Assembly (NCBI GenBank): GCA_051313645.2 | Contig: JBNRSN020001083.1 | Location: forward strand, 1-63,428 | Source: Centroscyllium fabricii | Lineage: Eukaryota | Length of the DNA: 63,428 nt | Direction: 5' to 3' | Shown here: piece after piece, positions 61,501-63,428 of the stretch | Position numbering within the stretch: position 1 is the first letter of the stretch | Layout: the number at the start of each line of letters is the position of its first letter | Position numbers and translations under genes: made by a program | The notes under the pieces: model-generated | Told to the model about the DNA's origin: nothing | Database searches by the model: none | What the model saw: only the letters and a program-made list of their open reading frames with translations

Positions 61501-62549
61501 CTCTGAGGACTTCAACTTAACAGAGTTCCGACTTCCTAATTTTTTCACACTGCAGAAGCCCTGATTATGTAAAATAATTACATTCATCAAAATTGTTACA
61601 CACAAATCACCTCGTGTACATACATCGGTTTCCATGTTTGCACAGTAGTGCAGAGCCACTCAATAACTTATGTAGGAATGCATTCCAAATAAGAGCACCA
61701 GTTTCAAATTTCAGCTATTGTTCGTACTAGCAGAAAATGCTACGCGACAAGTAGTATTTCCAACTTCTATCACAACGCCACCTACAGGTATTACACAGAA
61801 TTCAGTGACCCACCGACTTGAAATTAAGTTGACATTAGAAAATAAAAATAATGAAATAGTAGTCTCTAATTTCCTTGAAATTAGTCTATTGTGGCGAAGG
61901 ATTCAATTCTATTAAGCTCATTACAAGTGGCAAGTTTTCTAAACAGAAACGTTACACGGTGACAAGAAACTGTCCATAATTGGACAATGTCTCTGCTTCC
62001 ATGAAGGAGACAAATTACAATGACAAAACTTGCTATTCACCTCTGGGAAAATGTTTTTTTAAGTTACTGAATAACTGGATGAACTATGTTCAATTCACAC
62101 ATACTGACATGAAGCATACTCAGCAGATTTTTTAAAAACTTCAATGAAACAAAATGAAAATTATACGACTCAATGTTACATCTATTACATGAAATAAAAT
62201 CAATCATTTGCCATTTTCATACTAGAGTGCTCAGCTTCAAAACACAATACCGCGTGTAGAAAGCAGAAAAATGTAACTTGTAAACTGAGTATGAAATTTT
62301 ATTTACACCACTGCTATACTTCATAAGCAAATGTGGTTGTTACAATGTACGGTAATGTAGTAAATGTAATAGGTTGCAATGAGAACTTACTGTATTTCTA
62401 CTAGGTGGCAATATCTGTTCAACTGTTGAAAAGCAATTGGAGATTTTCCAGAGCCACGGTTTAGAAATGCCACCATCATCATCTGGTTGATTCAGCCATC
62501 CAACAGGCCTACTGCAGAAGGAATTCTCCTTTCTGTTGCCATCCATCAT
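10337..62549 (-). CDS. MARF1: MARF1 (meiosis regulator and mRNA stability factor 1 / limkain-b1), spliced CDS of 26 coding exons, about 1752 aa
   Basis: Exon translations match MARF1 as I recall it, in order: [15 protein letters not shown] domain ([35 protein letters not shown]), RRMs ([25 protein letters not shown]), LOTUS repeats ([13 protein letters not shown]), C-terminal [14 protein letters not shown]. All 25 introns are GT-AG with consistent phases; exon lengths sum to 5259 nt. Confidence 0.97.
11300..11690 (+). mobile_element. Deu-domain SINE (SacSINE1-like), 5'-truncated
   Basis: gtactgagggagtgctgcactgtc core and gctatataaatgcaagtctttt tail; similar to 25105-25520. Confidence 0.8.
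11731..12285 (-). mobile_element. CR1-clade LINE 3' fragment
   Basis: ORF 11934..12296 (LEYCVQFW...[10 protein letters not shown]...[10 protein letters not shown]...FFTQRVV) and ttctatgttt tail. Confidence 0.92.
12445..12615 (-). CDS. MARF1: MARF1 coding exon 25 (TEQELL...[16 protein letters not shown]...DLIQFEERP)
   Basis: tttcgtag| and G|GTTGAG; 171 nt. Confidence 0.94.
13270..13570 (-). mobile_element. LINE-like 3' fragment
   Basis: Ends on the minus strand in gggcaataaat...ccagcaacgcccacatccc followed by an A/T-rich run; related piece near 28340-28410. Confidence 0.55.
13654..13797 (-). CDS. MARF1: MARF1 coding exon 24 ([10 protein letters not shown]...ETSNS), poorly conserved linker
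   Basis: poly-C-tccag| and T|GTAAGT; 144 nt, phase 1/1 fits both neighbours. Confidence 0.82.
14353..14413 (-). CDS. MARF1: MARF1 coding exon 23 ([20 protein letters not shown])
   Basis: tgaacag| and G|GTAAAG; 61 nt; highly conserved peptide. Confidence 0.95.
15279..15612. mobile_element. TcMar/Tigger-like MITE, family CAGGTTGAGCAC
   Basis: TIR CAGGTTGAGCA.C.GTAATC.GGCACC; TA TSD. Confidence 0.88.
15771..15983 (-). CDS. MARF1: MARF1 coding exon 22, LOTUS ([14 protein letters not shown]...AIPQ)
   Basis: gtgacag| and CAG|GTAAAG; 213 nt, phase 0/0. Confidence 0.96.
16321..16635 (+). mobile_element. HE1-type V-SINE, full length
   Basis: tRNA head with A/B boxes (tggcatagtgg, ggttcaaatcc), V-domain tgtgtggagtttgcacattctccccgtg, (attctatg)n tail. 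Confidence 0.9.
17456..17940. mobile_element. Tigger-like MITE in inverted orientation with internal minisatellite of about 31 bp
   Basis: TIRs and TA TSDs; about 7-8 units of gagcgcgcggtagaacactccccggggcccg at about 17540-17775. Confidence 0.9.
18191..18424 (-). CDS. MARF1: MARF1 coding exon 21, LOTUS ([20 protein letters not shown]...LPYLVE)
   Basis: poly-C-aaaag| acceptor and GAG|GTATGA; 234 nt, phase 0/0; preceded by a 101-nt intron. Confidence 0.94.
18526..18753 (-). CDS. MARF1: MARF1 coding exon 20, LOTUS ([10 protein letters not shown]...KLCHVAK)
   Basis: tccacag| and AAG|GTATGT; 228 nt, phase 0/0. Confidence 0.96.
18885..19208. mobile_element. Truncated Tigger-like MITE with 32-bp minisatellite
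   Basis: Repeats of gccccggggagtggtctagccgcgcgcgccag; degenerate right TIR ...caacctg followed by TA. Confidence 0.8.
19209..19460 (-). mobile_element. L2-clade LINE 3' fragment
   Basis: [20 protein letters not shown]2-end motif; similar to 19976-20325. Confidence 0.7.
19976..20325 (-). mobile_element. L2-clade LINE 3' fragment
   Basis: HSTIGGRA motif; tail ...gtgaagcgcc...aaaggtgctatataa. Confidence 0.72.
20358..20655. mobile_element. Tigger-like MITE
   Basis: TIRs CAGGTTGAGCAC / GTGCTCAACCTG; TA TSD. Confidence 0.88.
20830..21032 (-). CDS. MARF1: MARF1 coding exon 19, LOTUS ([12 protein letters not shown]...AIPDVLQ)
   Basis: aatttag| and CAG|GTGAGC; 203 nt. Confidence 0.96.
21431..21830. 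mobile_element. Tigger-like MITE (NRF1/YY1-motif subfamily), truncated
   Basis: TA followed by CAGGTTGTGCACCATTAATCCGGCAC; gcgcatgcgc motifs. Confidence 0.75.
21835..21983 (+). mobile_element. Penelope-like 3' end with decayed hammerhead motif
   Basis: agtt-ccgatga-a-gggt..accc-caaa-cg-tt-aact, then cagatttccagcatccgcagtattttgct. Confidence 0.7.
22005..22290 (+). mobile_element. Old tRNA-derived SINE
   Basis: A-box-like tggtagtttagtgg, degenerate B box, gcaactagg..ggtaataaat tail. Confidence 0.55.
23449..23795 (-). mobile_element. CR1 LINE 3' fragment
   Basis: Homologous to the CR1 end at 11731-12100 (caccctctgggtgaa motif). Confidence 0.75.
24662..24795 (-). CDS. MARF1: MARF1 coding exon 18 ([16 protein letters not shown]...ISIPKR)
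   Basis: ctgttag| and G|GTGATT; 134 nt. Confidence 0.95.
25105..25520 (+). mobile_element. Deu-domain SINE (SacSINE1-like), near full length
   Basis: A box tggctcaattgg, B box ggttcaagtcc, Deu core, L2-like tail. Confidence 0.85.
26072..26214 (-). CDS. MARF1: MARF1 coding exon 17 ([27 protein letters not shown]...AYHW)
   Basis: tgttatag| and TG|GTAAGT; 143 nt. Confidence 0.96.
28879..29099 (-). CDS. MARF1: MARF1 coding exon 16, LOTUS (PWLL...[16 protein letters not shown]...VPHVLQ)
   Basis: ttctatag| and CAG|GTGAGT; 221 nt. Confidence 0.96.
30416..31017 (-). mobile_element. Penelope-like element 3' fragment with GIY-YIG endonuclease remnant and hammerhead motif
   Basis: Minus strand about 31015-30940 translates [25 protein letters not shown], later [14 protein letters not shown]; hammerhead motif at 30479-30514. 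Confidence 0.88.
31628..31803 (-). CDS. MARF1: MARF1 coding exon 15 (FLDCYAAEF...[14 protein letters not shown]...KPPPPNA)
   Basis: ttctgtag| and G|GTAAGC; 176 nt. Confidence 0.95.
33446..35828. mobile_element. Old hAT-type non-autonomous element with nested insertions
   Basis: TIR taggattgcgaacc / ggtggcaacccta; 8-bp TSD gtaccaac / gtacctag (6 of 8 match). Confidence 0.5.
36168..36287 (-). CDS. MARF1: MARF1 coding exon 14 ([13 protein letters not shown]...GTVPLL)
   Basis: gttgcag| and AG|GTGAGT; 120 nt. Confidence 0.95.
36589..37178. mobile_element. Tigger-like MITE inserted into a CR1 3' tail (host about 36515-37268)
   Basis: TIRs and TA TSD; removing it rejoins gggacagggTA|ctgaatttggatgatcagcc of the CR1 tail. 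Confidence 0.88.
37348..37584 (-). CDS. MARF1: MARF1 coding exon 13 ([20 protein letters not shown]...)
   Basis: cctccctccag| and AG|GTAGGA; 237 nt. Confidence 0.95.
37867..38552. mobile_element. Tc1/mariner-pogo type MITE with GC-rich internal tandem repeats
   Basis: TA-CAGTCTAACCT...AGGTTTGACTG-TA; subterminal acaggtggcc repeats; cccagcccggcc repeats at 38090-38380. Confidence 0.82.
38966..39046 (-). CDS. MARF1: MARF1 coding exon 12 ([27 protein letters not shown])
   Basis: gattacag| and AG|GTACAG; 81 nt. Confidence 0.94.
39397..39821. mobile_element. Tigger-like MITE with an array of NRF1/YY1-like motifs
   Basis: TIR CAGGTTGAGCACAGTTAAT / ATTAACTGTGCTCAACCTG; TA TSD; repeated gcgcatgcgcaaaatggcc. 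Confidence 0.9.
39831..40099 (+). mobile_element. Penelope-derived palindromic element with a minimal hammerhead motif in each arm
   Basis: 214-bp near-perfect palindrome 39839-40052; CAC-CTGATGA-A-GGAGC-tac-GCTCC-GAAA-GC-TT-GTG at 39976-40010; flanking direct repeat TAATAAATT. Confidence 0.8.
40770..40841 (+). pseudogene. Degenerate tRNA-Lys(CTT)-like sequence
   Basis: gagctcagtcagtaga...actctta...catgggtttgagcccaacgttgggc aligns to tRNA-Lys-CTT with many substitutions that break the stems. Confidence 0.7.
40860..41490 (+). mobile_element. Tx1/L1-clade LINE 3' fragment (zf-RVT-like region)
   Basis: ORF 40897..41400: [12 protein letters not shown]...[23 protein letters not shown]...LLGLAKVAI. 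Confidence 0.85.
41852..42030 (-). CDS. MARF1: MARF1 coding exon 11, RRM2 ([16 protein letters not shown]...)
   Basis: atgtag| and GG|GTAAGG; 179 nt. Confidence 0.95.
42175..42460. mobile_element. Older TcMar-type MITE
   Basis: TIR CAGGTACACAATC / GATTGTGTACCTG; TA TSD not preserved. Confidence 0.65.
42931..44255. mobile_element. Non-autonomous PIF/Harbinger-like element
   Basis: TIR GGCCTGGA / TCCAGGCC; 3-bp TSD AAT on both sides; hosts a younger MITE. Confidence 0.8.
43355..43909. mobile_element. Young PIF/Harbinger MITE nested in 42931-44255
   Basis: TIR of about 28 bp AGGCCCTGTCACACCT(T/A)GACGTTTTAGC; TAA TSD; CpG-rich catacgtt repeats. Confidence 0.9.
44795..45033 (-). mobile_element. 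5'-truncated HE1-type SINE with alternative CR1 tail
   Basis: HE1 body 44925-45033 joined to the CR1 tail seen at 11731-11855. Confidence 0.8.
45318..45648. mobile_element. Older TcMar/Tigger-like MITE
   Basis: TA-CAGGAAACTCT...AGAGTTTCCGG-TA with gccgg subterminal motifs. Confidence 0.65.
45686..46170. mobile_element. Tigger-like MITE (NRF1/YY1-motif subfamily)
   Basis: CAGGTTGAGCACCGGAAATCCG / CGGATTTCCAGTGCTCAACCTG; flanks TA and CA. Confidence 0.88.
46236..46419 (-). CDS. MARF1: MARF1 coding exon 10, RRM2 start (SLSPSL...[17 protein letters not shown]...RHGK)
   Basis: tatcctag| and AAG|GTAAAC; 184 nt. Confidence 0.94.
46669..46827 (-). CDS. MARF1: MARF1 coding exon 9 (RETPTF...[10 protein letters not shown]...SWSAR)
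   Basis: cttaaacag| and AG|GTAACT; 159 nt. Confidence 0.9.
47837..47997 (-). CDS. MARF1: MARF1 coding exon 8 ([11 protein letters not shown]...)
   Basis: ttttataag| and AA|GTGAGT; 161 nt, phase 0/2; ELC.MESKT motif. Confidence 0.88.
49336..49670 (-). mobile_element. CR1 LINE 3' fragment
   Basis: Homologous to 11731-12090. Confidence 0.82.
51086..51479 (-). mobile_element. Full-length HE1-type V-SINE with alternative CR1 tail
   Basis: tRNA head and V domain at 51215-51479; CR1 tail at 51086-51214. Confidence 0.88.
51702..51933 (-). mobile_element. Second Penelope-derived palindromic element with hammerhead motifs
   Basis: Inverted arms of about 90 bp (51742-51933) with a short loop; CGC-CTGAGGA-A-GGAGC-agc-GCTCC-GAAA-GC-TT-GTG at 51847-51881. 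Confidence 0.8.
52572..53006 (-). CDS. MARF1: MARF1 coding exon 7, RRM1 ([12 protein letters not shown]...VRSLQ)
   Basis: ctcactag| and CAG|GTAAAC; 435 nt; ORF 52452..52976. Confidence 0.95.
53228..53850 (-). mobile_element. CR1 LINE 3' fragment
   Basis: ORF 53578..53850 ([21 protein letters not shown]...[11 protein letters not shown]) and (ttcttatg)n tail. Confidence 0.9.
54291..54463 (-). CDS. MARF1: MARF1 coding exon 6, NYN end ([17 protein letters not shown]...LPEKTP)
   Basis: ttttgcag| and CCA|GTAAGT; 173 nt. Confidence 0.96.
54708..55008. mobile_element. Tigger-like MITE
   Basis: CAGGTTGAGCACCGGTAATCCGGCACC ... GCTCAACCTG; TA TSD. Confidence 0.88.
55219..55336 (-). CDS. MARF1: MARF1 coding exon 5, NYN ([25 protein letters not shown]...)
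   Basis: gttgcag| and T|GTAAGT; 118 nt. Confidence 0.96.
55766..55989 (-). CDS. MARF1: MARF1 coding exon 4, NYN domain start ([13 protein letters not shown]...ELNNCQ)
   Basis: ttttacag| and CAG|GTAAGG; 224 nt. Confidence 0.96.
56321..56603 (-). mobile_element. HE1-type V-SINE, 5'-truncated
   Basis: Reverse complement of 16321-16635 including its tail. Confidence 0.88.
57283..57600 (+). mobile_element. Old tRNA-headed SINE, LF-SINE-like
   Basis: tggctcaattga..., tgctgagttagc..ctcag core; related decayed pieces near 42535-42700, 50790-50930 (minus) and 59345-59640. Confidence 0.45.
58005..58176 (-). CDS. MARF1: MARF1 coding exon 3 ([19 protein letters not shown]...QKYG)
   Basis: ttcctgcag| and G|GTATGT; 172 nt, phase 0/1; absent from the ORF track. 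Confidence 0.9.
60318..61004 (-). CDS. MARF1: MARF1 coding exon 2 (KNYMESNK...CDDCLNK)
   Basis: ttcttctag| acceptor, AAG|GTTAGT donor, 687 nt; ORF 60297..60995. Confidence 0.93.
62391..62549 (-). CDS. MARF1: MARF1 coding exon 1 ([10 protein letters not shown]...PPSRNT); exon begins at acceptor 62607
   Basis: ATG at 62549; donor ACA|GTAAGT; upstream acceptor ttttaagtacag| shows the non-coding first exon is outside the window. Confidence 0.92.
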
Positions 62550-62598
62550 ACAGCCTCACATACTTCCTCAGCATCCTTCCATCTGTCCTTCCTTTCAT
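62509..62598 (-). promoter_or_regulatory. Upstream ORF cluster in the MARF1 5' leader
   Basis: Overlapping out-of-frame uORF 62598-62509 (29 aa); MEGC* starting at 62582; ATG-TGA at 62561-62556. Confidence 0.6.
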
Positions 62599-62809
62599 TC
62601 TTCCCTCCTGTACTTAAAAAAAAATGTAAGCAAATTTTGTTCAGAAAGAAATTGTGAAGCAGCTGCATCAGGTTTTCTTTGCATTTAACCTTCCCTAGCC
62701 ACGCACCACTTTCATCTACATAATACAAGTTTAGGAACTGCAATAGCAAAGCCAGCACTATATGCTTAACTTCTTTACATGACTATTAGTGCCATAAGAC
62801 AAATTGGTA

Positions 62810-63428
62810 CAGGTTGAGGTTCATTAATCCGGCACCCGAAAAACCGGCAGCTTCAGTCATTCGGCACAGATTTTCCCGACTGAGCAGACAATTCAAAATG
62901 GCCGCCGTCGGGGCTGGGCTTCCCTTTCACCTAACATATACTCACTGGATCCCGGCTTAGTGACCACCCCGATGCCGATGGTAAATCACAGGCCCAGAAG
63001 ATGAGCTGTTGTGCCAGCCGCCTTTCGCAGGACGCGATACAGGCAATGCTCGGTGCCCATCGCTGCCGGAGGCTCCTGCCTGGCTGCGTGCTGACATCAC
63101 CGCGTTCCGAAGCTGGCGTGCGGTGGTGTCACATGAGCCGGGCTTGAGCCGCGCATTGGGCCTCAGGCCCGCTGAAGCCGTGCAGGCCGCTCCCTGACCC
63201 GCAACAGAATTGATGGCTGCGTGCTGACGTCACCGCGTTCCGAAGCTGGTGTGCGGTGGCGTCACGTGAGCCGGGCTTGAGCCACGCATTGAGGATCAGG
63301 CCCGCTGGAGCCGTGCAGCCCGCTCCCTGACCCGCAGCAGAATCGAGTGCGAGTTCCACCCGACCCTTGGGCCGAAAATCAACTGCCAGGTACCGGTGAG
63401 CGCATGCGCAGAGCATTGAAAATTTTGC
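62810..63428. mobile_element. Tigger-like MITE running off the window end
   Basis: TA followed by CAGGTTGAG..ATTAATCCGGCACC; aaaatggccgcc and gcgcatgcgca motifs; internal tandem duplication of about 130 bp (63080-63340). Confidence 0.78.

Noticed and set aside
62810-63428. CpG-rich region as the MARF1 promoter or exon 1
   Set aside because: Begins with the MITE TIR plus TA and has MITE-type interior motifs; the true first exon is probably outside the window

Overview
Vertebrate nuclear DNA, very probably a shark or other cartilaginous fish (HE1-type V-SINEs, SacSINE1/Deu-type SINEs, CR1 and Penelope-like relics). One gene dominates: MARF1 (limkain-b1/KIAA0430) on the minus strand. I reconstructed 26 coding exons by hand (ATG 62549, stop 10337). 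All introns are GT-AG and phase-consistent, giving 5259 nt or 1752 aa with NYN, 2 RRM and LOTUS domains. The 3'UTR probably runs about 2.3 kb to an AATAAA near 8025, and the non-coding first exon lies beyond the window. The rest is transposon-derived. Most notable: Penelope-derived palindromes carrying minimal hammerhead ribozyme motifs on both strands; a second Penelope family with an apparent compensatory U3-A8 hammerhead core; a Tigger-like MITE family with variable cargo (NRF1/YY1 motif arrays, minisatellites) whose inverted copies bracket in-frame exons; a multi-level nested TE stack at 339-7713; a tail-swapped SINE; and a dense uORF cluster before the MARF1 start. I found no clearly novel multi-gene system. 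Repeat family names come from recognition, not database searches.
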